A program made the position numbers and the translations under genes. From Octopus sinensis (lineage: Eukaryota): a DNA stretch of 64,000 nucleotides. Shown piece by piece: positions 13,554 through 27,069 of the stretch. How positions within the stretch are numbered: the first letter of the stretch is position 1; each line of letters starts with the position of its first letter. The notes below the pieces were generated by a model, which saw only the letters and a program-made list of their open reading frames with translations, was not told where the DNA came from and searched no databases. The stretch lies in NCBI RefSeq assembly GCF_006345805.1, contig NC_043015.1, positions 41,292,001-41,356,000 on the forward strand, in the 5' to 3' direction.

Positions 13554-16500
13554 GGTCAAACAAAATCTCAGAAAGCGTCAGACACTTCATCTGGTGTTAA
13601 AGTAAGTAACTGCTCAAATTTTTTCATTTTTTTTTTTTTTAAATACACATTTACTCGATTCGTTTTACCTGGAGTGGGTAGGTGGGTGGGTGGGTGGTGT
13701 TGTCCTTGTATTGCTGGTTGTTAGAAATGGGAGATAATTGTGCCAGATGTAACACACTGAACAAAGATTTCTGTTGTGATATAATGATATATAAATCCTA
13801 ATTAAATACTGACATTGATGTAATCAATATCCACCTCCCCCCCCCACACTACTATCATTTAAAATTGCTGGCCTTGTGCCAAAATCAAAAGCCATCATCA
13901 TTATTAATTATTAAGGTGGTTAGCTGGCAGAATCGTTAACATGCCAGACAAAATGCTTGGTGGTATTTCGTCCGTCTTAAGTTCTGAGTTCAAATTCCGC
14001 CGAGGTCGACTTTTCCTTTCATCCTTTCGGGGTCGATAAATTAAGTACCAGTTACGCACTGGTGTCAATGTAATCGACTTAATCCATTTGTTTGTCCTCT
14101 CTGTGTTTAGCCCCTTGTGGGTAGTAAAGAAATAGGTATTTTGTCTGCCGCTACGTTCTGAGCTCAAATTCTGCCAGGATCGATTTTGTGTTTCATCCTT
14201 TTGGGGTTGATTAAACAAGTACCAGTTACACACTGGGGTCAATGTAATCACCTTAATTTCTTCCTCCAAATTTTAGGCCTTGTGCTTCCAGTACAAGAGA
14301 TTATTGTTATTATGAAGGCAAAAGCAAGGAGCTTGCACAATTGTTAGCATGCCACGCAAATTGCTTAATATTTCATCTACCGCTATGTTCTGAGTTCATG
14401 TAAGGAACGCCATTTGAGTGTGGCTGATGCCAGTACTGCCTGACTGGCCCTCGTGCCGGTGGCATGTAAAAGCACCCACTACACTCTCAAGAGTGGTTGG
14501 CGTTAGGGAGGGCATCCAGCTGTAGAAACATTGCCAGATCAGATTGGAGCTTGGTGCAACCTTCTGGCTTGCCAGTCCTCAGTCAAACCATCCAACCCAT
14601 GCCAGCATGGAAAGCAAACGTTAAACGACAATGATGATGATGATGATGATTTCTGTAGTAACACATTGCCTGTGTTACAATTGATTTTGAAAATAACGAA
14701 GAACTCAGTAAAATAATTATGTCATTATTAATCTGGAATGAAGATTTTTGATGACTTTAAAATGGGAAGGTCCTACATTAGACTCTGGGATGGTCTCAGT
14801 GGGTTGGTATCGAAAGGGTTAACCCAGTGAATTGGCAGAACTGTTAACATACTGGACAAACTGCTTAGTAGTATTTTGGCCGCGTTTGTTTTGATCTCAA
14901 AGTCCACCTTGGTGGACTTTGCCTTTCATTCTTTCAGTGTTCATAAAATAAGTACCAGTTGAATACTGGGGTCGATGTGTTCGACTAGGCCCATCCCCCA
15001 AATTTCAGGCCTCGTGCCTAAAGGAGTATTGTTGCTGTTGAGCGAAGCGGTCTTCATCCCAGAGCTTGCAAGATGGGAGAAGTCCGAATCGTGGTCCTTT
15101 GCTATTCGTAAGACCCGCAGAAGAGAAAGCAGGTCAACCCCCAACACCGAGAGCATCGACGGATGGATGAATGCGCATCCAGGCTCAGCGGGTTGCGTAG
15201 GAAGTCGGGGTGCTGTTGTTTTTTTTATTATAAACCTTATGTGATTTCTTTATTTGTTCCAGTTACATCAAACTTTCCTTGGTAAACATTGTCACACGTT
15301 TGGCGTTAATTTAGAAGACCATTTAAAGACATTTAACACTGATGTTCCACATATTATTAAAAAATGTCTCGGTGAAATTGAAAGAAAAGGGATCACAATC
15401 AAGGTGAGATAACTGCTTCCCCCTTTTCTTTTCTTTTTTTCTCATATTATCGGCATGGTTATATAGCAGGAAGTTCGCTTCCCAACCACATGGTTTCTGG
15501 TTCATTCCCACTGCATGATACATTGGGCAAGCATCTTCTAGTTTAGCACCAGGCTGGTCAAAGCCTTGTGAGTGGATATCGTTGACAGAAACTGAAAGTT
15601 GGCGGCGAGCTGGCAGAATCGTTAGCACGCCGGACGGAATGCTTAGCGGTATTTCGTCTGTCTTCACATTCTGAGTTCAAATTCCGCCGAGGTCGACTTT
15701 GCCTTTCATCCTTTCGGGGTCGTTTAAATAAGTACCAGTTACGCACTGGGGTTGATATAATCGACTTAATCCGTTTGTCTGTCCTTGTTTGTCCTCTCTG
15801 CGTTTAGCCCCTTGTGGGTAGTAAAGAAATAGGTATTTCGTCTGTCTTCACATTCTGAGTTCAAATTCCGCCGAGGTCGACTTTGCCTTTCATCCTTTCG
15901 GGGTCGTTTAAATAAGTACCAGTTACGCACTGGGGTCGATATAATTGACTTAATCCGTTTGTCTGTCCTTGTTTGTCCTCTCTGCGTTTAGCCCCTTGTG
16001 GGTAGTACAGAAATAGGTATTTCATCTGCTGTTACATTCTGAGTTCAAATTCCGCCGAGGTCGACTTTGCCTTTCATCCTTTCGGAGTCTATAAATTAAG
16101 TCCCAGTTGCGTACTGAGTAAAACTGCTTTCTGCAGTTAATGGCAATATAATTTTGAGGGAATATGTCCACTTTCCACATTCAAAATAGCTAAAATGTAA
16201 TCATTGCTTTGTTGTTGTTGTCCATCACTTTTACCTGCTCTTCTTTATTCTGTTTTCTTACTTCAGGGTATCTATCGTGTATCCGGGGTGAAATCCAAGG
16301 TAGAAAGTCTATGTAAACAATTTGAGGCTGATCCAGATGGTGTGGACCTTGAACAGCAGCATCCCAATGTTATAACTAGTGTTCTTAAGATGTACCTCAG
16401 ACAGGTAAGAGTATTTCGGTTAACTTGCTAATGTTGTCGTCGTTGTCGTCTTCTTCTTCTCCTCCTCCAACCAGGACTCACGCCATTAGCCACAAAGAAT

Positions 16501-19500
16501 AATCTCTAATTCGAGCCTACCCTAAGCTACTAAGAATACGTGTGGCAACTTGAAGATCCACCCACCACACGCAATAGACTGGCGGTAGCACAGGGGCGAA
16601 AGCTACGTTGTTATCCTCATTCCGTAAACGATGACTTTTAACGGGTGGAGAGCTGAACCATGGTTCCTCTGCTTTGTGGCAGAAGTAGGAAAAAAGAGTG
16701 AGAGAAAGTTGTGGTGAAAGAGTACAGTGGGGTTCACCCACCCCACTTATATATATTGTGTGTTTGTGTTTGTCTCTGCATGTCTTTACAGTGACGCCAT
16801 TTAGGCTGTGGGGCCATTTATATCCTGCAGCTTTTGGTTTGGTATATGAAGATGAGTGGAGTAAGGTGTCGAAGGTTTGATGTGAGGAAGGGCACCTGGC
16901 CACAGAATATGGCTTCCAGATGTATTGTACGACCTGTTCTAGCATGGACAAAGTGGGCATAAAATCAGGATGGGATGGGGGTTATAATGCTCACTTTCAG
17001 ACAAAGTGTAATCCTATCGTTGGTTGTTTTGCCCTTAAATAAGCTCTATTTCACAATGGGATTATTAGAAATGCTTCCCCCAGCCCCACCTTGTTTGCTG
17101 CCAGTTATCCCAACTAATTTTCTGTTATTTCTCTTCCAGCTTCCGGAACCTTTACTTACATTTGATGCCTATGGAGGTTTCATTCAAACTGCCAAAGTAA
17201 GTTCTGTCAGAGTTCTAATGCATCCTAGCTTACCTTTATAAAAGTCTAGGGACTATACACCTGACTATACATACGCAGGGCCGGATTAAGATCCATAGAA
17301 GCCCCTAAGTTCTTAAAAGATTTTGATGCTCCCCCCACCCACCATATATATGTAATTCAAAATATAAACAATAATAAACCATAAAATTAATTTTTATTTT
17401 TCTAAATGAAACGAAATTAAGTGCAAAATGGCAAATAATGTTTATTTTTGTATACTTCCATTTTATTTATATTTGGCAAGTTTTCTCCTTTTTTAATTGC
17501 AAAAACTTTGATCAGATCCTTAAAATTAATCTTACATAACAGATATGTTTCTATATTTAGTAGAGATAAGGCATCCAGAATAGTATTTTAGCAAGTTGTT
17601 CGTGTGTTGAAGCATATTCTGTTGTATCTGGGGAGAGTCATTCTCTTTTAGTGCCTTATTAATTTAACACACTCACCGGTAAAATTTCCACTTAATGAAA
17701 AGGTTGCAAGACGCAACAAAAATTTTAGGAAAATAAAAATAAGAAAGAAGTGGAAATTTTACTGGTGAATGTGTTGCGTTATAAGACACTAAAAGAAAAT
17801 GACTCTCCCCAGACACAACAGAATAAATTTGACAATTTGCATAAAAGGAAAAGGAAGCATAATGTCCAATCCAAAAATAAAAGAATTTTTTTTTAAAAGA
17901 CCCAAAAGATATCAAGTGGATTATGGCTAGAAGATAGCAGTTTCCTCAGCCCCCACCACACCTCAAGGTGTCTCTGGAACCTGGCACTTGTGTTCCTCAC
18001 TGTATCTTCCCTGGGAATATCTTCAAACACCTCTTTGATATTAACCACCAGCTCAGCCTTGCTGTTGCAGACAGAGTGACCAGTGTCTTTTACAACCATG
18101 CTCCACACACAGTAATCCATGGGATTACAATTGAGGATTTTAAAAGACCTGAAATTGAAGCTAGGGAATTCGTTGAAATTCTCCAACAACCATTTCTTTC
18201 TTGTCCCAGCCACAATGATTTTACTAAGATTTATGATAACAATTTGTCATAGTAATGACTTTGTTACTACTGTTCATCTTAAGTCAGTTGTCTTTATATT
18301 TCAGGAAATTAATGCAGGTACAATATCAGGGGAGAAGATAATCGATAAATTAAAAGAATTGATTGGACAACTTCCACCAGCAAACTACAAAACTACTTCA
18401 CTTTTAATTTCTCACCTTCGGCAGTAAGTTTACTATTTTGTGTCTTATTATCATCATCATCGTCATCGTCATTGTCATCATCATCATCATCGTCATCTTC
18501 ATCATCATCATCATCGTCGTTGTCATCATCATCATCATCATCATCATCGTCATCATCATCATCATCAACATCATCATTGTCATCATCATCATCATCATCA
18601 TCAACATCATCATCATCATCATCATCATCAATGTCATCAACATTATCATCATTATTATGATGATGGTGATGTTGTTGATGTTAGTGATCATGGTGTTGGG
18701 ATTGGTATGAACATGGAATACATGAATTGGCCATGTCTAGTGAACATAAAATTGATGCATTGTTCACTATTTTTTCATGCCTGCCTGGCTCAGATGGGAT
18801 TTGTTGAGGCACATTTTCTATGGTTGGATGCCTTTCTTGTTACCATCTCTTATCTAAGCAAGATATTTCCTCTCATGACCAGACATTTTTTCATTGGAAG
18901 ATTGGAAACAAACGACACTGCTTGTATAACAGTGACACTTATTTACAATTCTCATGCTATGTCAAGATTGAGGGGACCCAAACATGCACACAACAGGCTT
19001 ATTTTGGTCTCTACCATATCTACTCACGAGTCCTTATTAAGCTCTGGTCAGCAGCAGCAGATTTTTCTCCCAAATGCCACACGATTGGACTGAACCCAAA
19101 GCCATGAGCTTGAGAAGCAAACTTGTTAACCAAAGAACCATCTTTGCACATTTTTCTGAAAAAAACAAAAAAAATTAAATTAAATTAAAAAAATAAAAAC
19201 ATGGCAGGAGGAGGGAAATCAATGAAAAACATGGTGAGTTCAGATTTTCTGCCATGGCAGTGTTGGGGTGGGCCTTTGTAAATGGGATAACAAAAAGATC
19301 ACAAAAAAACATTTAAATGTTGAGTAGTAGATCTATCCAACCCACACTCATTTGGAAAACAGATCACCATCATTATCATCGTTTAATGTCCGCTTTCCAT
19401 GCTGGCATGGGTTGGACGATTTTGACTGAGGGCTAGTGAACCAGATGGCCGCACCAGGCTCCATTCTTGATCTGGCAGAGTTTCTACAGTTGGATGCCCT

Positions 19501-20621
19501 TCCTAACGCCAACCACTCCGAGGGTGTCGTGGAAGCTTTTTACGTGGCACCGGCACTGGGGCCAGTCAGACAGTACTGGCAATGACCTCACTCGAATCTT
19601 TTTACACATGCCACCGGCACAGGTGCCAGTAAGGTGACGTTGGTAACGACCACGCTCGAATGGTACCCTTTTACGTGCCACCAGCACGGAAGCCAGATAA
19701 ATACTACATTATTTACATTTGACGAATATTAAATATTGAACTGTACAGATAAATACTAATCTTAAAATATTTGCTTATTTTCAGAGTATCCAAAGAATCT
19801 GATGAGAACCAAATGAATGCCAGTAATTTAGGGATTGTCTTTGGCCCCACCTTACTCCGCCCTTAGTAAGTAACAAGACCCAGAACTTTCTGCATGCTTC
19901 CATGAATATTTTCCTTGATTTAGTGAAGGTGGTATACCACTGTAACCCCTTTTGCATTTAAACCAGTCACATCAGACCCAAATATTATTTCAGTTTTATG
20001 TTCAATCCATCCTGATCTGGCCTTTCAAACCTACTCTACAATGTCATTCTAAAAATAAACAATCACATCATTGAAATCTCATAATTATGAGATAATGCGT
20101 GATTAATTCAAAATATTGCGAATAAATAAGCCTTACGTTTGACAGAGTAATCTGAATGCTAAAAGGTTAAACTGTGATATTACAATTTCTAGGCTGTGTT
20201 TTAAGCATTTAAATATACACTGTGTATTTCTGGCAGTGGAGGCACATGGCCTAGTGGTTAGAGCAGTGGACTCGCAGTTGAGGGATCACGGGTTCGAATC
20301 TCAGACCAGGTGTTGTGTGTGTTTATGAGTGAAACACCTAAGCTCAATGTGACTCCGGCAGAAAGTAATGGCAAACTTCTGCTGACTCTTTTGCCTCAAC
20401 TTTCTCTCACGCTTTTCTCCTGCATCTTGCAGCTCACCTGCGACGGACCAACGTCCCGTCCAGGTAGGGAACCTATACGCCAAGGAAACCGGGAAACCGG
20501 CCCTTATGAGCCAGGCTTGGCTTGAGAAAGAACAATTTCTGTCATGATTGTTAGATAGTTGCTAGGGTAACAGTGTTAAATGTATGTAATATTGGTTGAC
20601 AGAAACTGAAAGAAGCCTGTC

Positions 20622-20657
<36 letters not shown>

Positions 20658-21140
20658 GTACGTGTGTGTGTCTATATGTTGGTGTGTCTGTGTTTGTCCC
20701 CACTCTCCATCACTTGACAACCGATGTTGGTGTGCTTACATCCCTGGAACCTAGCGGTTCGGCAAAAAGAGACCGATAGAATCAGTACTAGGCTTACAAA
20801 GTATAAGTCCTGGGGGTTGATTTGCTCGACCAAAGGCAGTGCTCCAGCATGGCCGCAGTCTAATGACTGAAACAAGTAAAAATATAATGCATATATAATT
20901 ATTACTTCTCAATACTCTATACTCAACTAAGTACATACCCTAAATACATACCCTAAGTACATACCCCAACCCTGACTGTTCGCTGTATAATTTCTTTCTC
21001 TCTCTCTCTCTCTTTACAGTGAAGGAACACCTCTGTCATCTCTGGTTGATACTTACTACCAAACCATGTCTGTGGAACTTCTCATTAAACACTCAGATGT
21101 AAGTTGGAAACCTCCTTGTTTCCCTCCCCCACACACCCAC

Positions 21141-21175
<35 letters not shown>

Positions 21176-24100
21176 TACCCTGTTACATAACTACCCTGGT
21201 GATTGATTCTCTGACTTATATATATTATATTTTGCTTTTACTTGCTGTAAAATGGTGTGAGTTAGTGTTTCTATGTGTGTGTGTGTGTGTACAACTGAAT
21301 GGATGGGTGTCTGACCATCTTCCGTTGATGGCAGTATGTCTTTTGGCGGTGAACTGGCAGAATCATTAGCATGCTGGGCGAAATGCTTAGCGTTATTCCA
21401 CCTGTCTTTTCGTTCTGAGTTCAAATTTCGCCGAGGTCGACTTTGCCTTTCATCCTTTCAGGTCAATTAAATATGTACCAGTTACACACTGGGGCCAATG
21501 TAATTGACTTAATTCATTTGTCTGTCCTTGTTTGTTCCCTCTATGTTTAGCCCCCGCCCCGTGGGTATTAAAGAAATAAATATATCTCTGCTTGTCTCTG
21601 GGTGAGTGTGTATATGTATATCTGTCTGGATAAACCTAAGGTCTATGGTATGACTGCATATTTAGAACCAATAAAATTTGTATCTGTCATACACTGGGGT
21701 TAATAAGAAGGGTGTCGTATGCGGATTTATTTGACTTTACCTTTTCTCTTATAAACATTAATCTTGTATTTAATTAAAAAAAAAATTATTTGTGCATGTC
21801 TATTGTTTAACCTGAAAAACGTTTCTTTTTCTCTTGTTTTTTCTGCAGGAACTTTTTGGAGAGAAAACAGAAACTGTGATAATTCCATCTCAAGAAAGTA
21901 AGATTGTTGTTGCTGTTTGTTTGTTTGTTTGTTTGTTGAATGAAGCGGTCTTCATCCCAGTGGGAGAAGTCCGAAACGTGGTCCTTTGCTATTCGTAAGA
22001 CCCGCAGAAGAGAAAGCAGGTCAACCCCCCGACACCGAGAGCATCGACGGAGGGATGAATGCACATCCAGGCTCAGCAGTTGCATAGGAAGTCGGGGGAC
22101 AAGAAAGAGTGAGAGAAAGTTGGAGCGAAAGAGTACAACAGGGGTCGCCCCCCCCCCCCTGCTGGAGCTTCATGGAGCTTTAAGTGTTTTCGCTCAATAA
22201 ACACACACAACGCCAGGTATGGGAATCGAAACTGTGATCCTCTGACTGCAAATCCGCTGCCCTAACCATTGGGCCATTGCGCCTCCTGAAGTTGCTGTTG
22301 TTGTTGCTTTAGTGCCTGGTCAGCTGAATGGATCAAGCAGATCTCTCATCAAAAGGGTCCCAGCCTTCATCATCCTATCTATGTCTCCCTTCCCTTTTTA
22401 ACCCTTTAGCATTTAAACCTTACCAAAATGTTCTCCCTGTTTTATGTTCAGACTGGACATGTCTGACCCCTCAACCAATCCTAAAATATCATTCTAAAAA
22501 TTAACAGTTACCTCATAAAAATCTCAAAGCTATGAGATAATGCATGAGTAATTTTTTAAAAATGTATATAAATTAACATTACTTTTGACTCACAGAAGCG
22601 AGATGGTTGAGTTCCTTTCGAGCATTGGGCCTCACGGATGCAATGACCAAGGCCCTTGGCATGGTGCCATGCTTGAGAAAAAGACCCATCAAGCCAAGCA
22701 AAATCTCAGTTGTGGCAGATATCGGTGTCACGCAAATGGCACCCGTGCTGGTGGCATGTAAAAGCACCCATAACACTCTCAGAGTGGTTGGCATTAGGAA
22801 GGGCATCCAGCCATAGAAAACCATGCCAAATCAGACTGGATCCTGGTGCTGCCTTCCAGTGTGCCAGTATGGACAACAGACACTAAATGATGATGATGAT
22901 GATGATGATATGCCTGTGTAGTTCTATGTGTGTTTTTAGTAACCACTGAAGCTTTTTTCCATGGATACCCTAAATTCCCCCGTTCCCATTTATTAGTGCA
23001 GTGATATAAAAATATGTGAATTTCTTATTCAAGGTACCACAGCTAAAGAGAAACATGAAAGAGTTCCCTCAACAAAATCTTCAAAGTAAGAAATATTTGG
23101 TTTCTTTTTTTTTTCCAATATACTTTTTTTGTGTGAAGTTGTAATGGTGTGGGGAAGGTGAGAAGGAAAATAAAATCTTTATCCTTGTTTTACCATCTGT
23201 TATTGGTAGATTGTTTATGGGACGAATATGGTAGATACTGTATTTTTTTTTTTGGTGGGTGGAAATCGTTGTTTCAAATGGTCTGACACAATCCCTAATA
23301 GGTGTATGAGTGGCTGTGTGGTAAGTAGCTTGCTTACCAACCACATGGTTCCGGGTTCAGTCTCATTATGTGGCACCTTGGGCAAGTGTCTTCTACTATA
23401 GCCTTGGGTCAAGCAAAGCCTTGTGAATTTGGTAGACGGAAACTGAAAGAAGCCCGTCGTATATACATGTGTGTGTCTGCATTTGTCCCCTCCCCACATT
23501 ACTTGACAACCGATGCTGGTGTGTTTACGTCCCCGTAACTTAATGGTTTGACAAAAGTGACTGATAGAATAAGTACTAGGCTTCCAAAGAATAAGTCCTG
23601 GGGTCGATTTGCTCGACTAAAGGCGGTGCTCCAGCATGGCCACAGTCAAATGACTGAAACAAGTAAAAGAAAAAGAGAGCCTACATGATTCTTATGATCT
23701 GATATGGCCCCTGGCAGCTTGACATGGCTTGTGGCGCAGTCCAATGTGATTCTTGTGGCCCAACTTGGTTCTTAGTGGTTTGATATGGCTCCTGGCAACC
23801 TGACATAGTTCCTGCTAGTTTGATATGACTCGTGACCATCCAAAATGACTCTTAATCATCCAATGTGGCTCTCTTAGATATTTCAGTAACAAAGTATGTT
23901 CAACTCCATGTTAAATCTGATCAGATCAAAGGTACTCCAACCATGACCATCACAACTTGTTTTTTGGTTTGCCTTTTATTTTAAACTGTTAAGACTATCC
24001 ATTTTATCCTTTTTTTTTAAGGCGATAAGGTTCATTGACTTACGATTCAGTTGCTATTTTTAACAAGTCAAGAAGTCATATTCAGATTTTTTTTACCTTC

Positions 24101-25232
24101 ATTTATAGAAAATTTCTTCCTTTTTAAATATTGAATGGTGTAAGGTATCTGACAAGTTTACCATATTTGGTTAACCATCAATTCTCAGACATACTTGGTC
24201 GGTTGGCATTTCTGTAAGAGCTTCATGAATTCTTCATAACTGGACGAGTAAAACAGATTTTATTGGTCATAGTGAATCTAAGGGGAACTCGTGAGAATTG
24301 AACTGAAGATCAGCTACTTAACGGCAACATAGACTAAACCCCCCCTCCACTCTCTCTCTCATTACCTTTTATTTTTAACCCTACAATTTATCAACAGGCA
24401 AGGGTCTGGGTTTGTTTTTCTATAAATGTATGTTTAAAAAAAATGTTTCAAAAGTGAAAAAAAAAAAAGAAGAAAAAAAAAAACAAAACAATATTTCTAT
24501 TATTTAGAAAATCTGGTGGCTCTCAAGAAGAATCTCCAACACTGGAACAATTGGTGTCAGAGGTAAGCAGGAATTCTTCACTTTTCTTCTATTCAGTTCT
24601 TTGTTCTTCTGGTCTATTTTTTTCTTTTAATCTTGTTTCTTTTTTTCTTTCCTTGTTTCAATTCCTGCTAAATGGGAAATAAAATACACACACACACCTA
24701 CCCTCTTACTCCACACACAGTGAATGTCTATATATATATATATGTATGTATATATATATATATATATATACATACACACACAACAGGCTTCTTTTAGTTT
24801 CCATCTACCAAAACCACTCACAAGGCATTGGTCAGCCCAAGGCTATAGTAGAAGACACTCGCCCAAGGTGCCACACAGTGGGACTGAACCCAGAACCATG
24901 TGGTTGGGAAGCAAGCTTCTTACCACCCAGCCATGCCTGTGCTTATCTTCTTCTTGTCTTGAGACAGCATTCACCCGGGGTGGGTTCAGCTGGCTTCATT
25001 CATCCCCAATGCTGCATCTCTCTGGCATTGAGGATGCCTGTACCTATATATATATATGTGTGCATAAACATACACACATATCTTGCCTTCTTACTTCCAT
25101 ATATATCAATCAATGGATGGCTAAAGAACAAGTTATATAATCACCTCCAATAGCCACAGTTGTTTCTGCTACAGAAAGCATTATGCTAACTTTTCATATC
25201 CATACATACTCACAAACACACATTCTTACTTT

Positions 25233-25276
<44 letters not shown>

Positions 25277-27031
25277 CATACAGGGTGGCCCAAAAGAAGG
25301 TTTAAGTTATCATGTAGACACTTTAAATTTCCTTTAAAATATTTTATTATATTTTAAATTTCTATCTTACAGACTGAAAAGTGAGCTTGACAAAATTAAC
25401 TAAATTAGCATAAAATAATAGTTTCGTATTTTTTTTATAATTAGGATCTAAACCGTTAATATATGAATGCGAAAGAGATAGTTGAATAACTGTAAACCTA
25501 CTTTTGGGCCACCCTGTATACACACACACACGCATACACACATACACAGCAGAGGCATATATTCCAAGTGTGTTAGGTGTGTGCAAATTGCATCAAAAAT
25601 GGCAAATTCATTATAAATATTACTCATTAATTTAATCCCAAATCTTAATAGAACTGACGTATATTTGCCATTTAAATATGGCTAGCCCCTAAGGGTGGAT
25701 GCTACTGTAGTTTGTAGCCCCAGGAGGATACCTCCTCCAGCTGGCTATAGACACACTTTCTGTGCCCTATCAGTATTTGCAAAGGGAAGCCATCCTTCCC
25801 ATCTCCAAATTATGATACACCCAGACTCGAGTTTCTGGGTATTGACCCGTCATCGGAGTGTGACAATCACAGTTGTCAATGAAAAGTAGGTTCCCTTCAC
25901 AAATACATATCCTTTTTCCAGTATCGTAAAGACACTGATATCGAAAAAGTGTAAACAAGCAATACTAAATCTTAGAGCGAGTTATAAACAGTATCTGCAT
26001 TATAACTCGCTCTAAGATTTATTATCTTAATAGAAAACTTTTATTATACCCCTGCCTTTATAACCCATAAAGAAAATGGTGTTATAGGAGTGTACTCAGC
26101 ATGTGTACTGCAGCAGTATTATTCATCGTTTTAATACTGAGATTGAAAGGCAGGGGCTAATTATGCCTACCTAATCTATAACAAAAATATAATATTTTGC
26201 ATTTTATGCATAATAATCAGAGTAACCTTCATAATTTTATTGAATTAGGTGCATATTTTGACATAAAAGGAAATGTTGGTGGCATCGGGTGTGATAGCAC
26301 ACCCAGTACAACAACAACCATATACCACTGATGCATTCATACATACATGTACATAGATATAATATTCTGTTAAGCATGCTTTCATATTTTGTTGTGCTTA
26401 CACACACACACGGCTACAGACTAATGTTCCATCAGACGAATACACACACATGCATTAGTAAGTCACGGGGCGTACAAATGTGTGTGCATATAATGCATTA
26501 ATGTGTCTGCATGTACACACACATTAATGTCCTATTACATACATACACACACACACACATTTATATAGATATGATGATATATATATATATATACATATAT
26601 GATAATATATAGATATATATATGTATATCAGGCATGTGCCATGAGTAATTACACAGGGTAGGCAGTTGGTGATGTTTATTTAGTAAAACACAAAAAAAAA
26701 TATGCAAAACACAGTCACGCGACTGAGTTGGAGGAAGATTAACTTCTGCCTTTATAACACGTAAAGAAAATGGTGTTATAGGAGTGTACTCAGCATGTGT
26801 ACTACAGCAGTATTATTCATCGTTTTAATACTGAGATTGAAATGGAGGGGCGAATTATGCCTACCTAATCTACAAAAAAGTATATTGCATTTTACGCATA
26901 ATAATCAGAGAAACCTTCATAATTTTATTGAATTAGGTGCAGATTTTGCCATGAAAGGAAAATGTTGCTATCAACCTATTCCATTCAGGGTAGGCACTGC
27001 CTACCTTGCCTACCCAGGCAGCATGCCCCTG

Positions 27032-27069
<38 letters not shown>

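Noticed and set aside
18404-19093. His-, Met-, Ile- and Ser-rich ORFs
   Set aside because: Artefacts of the (CAT)n repeat.
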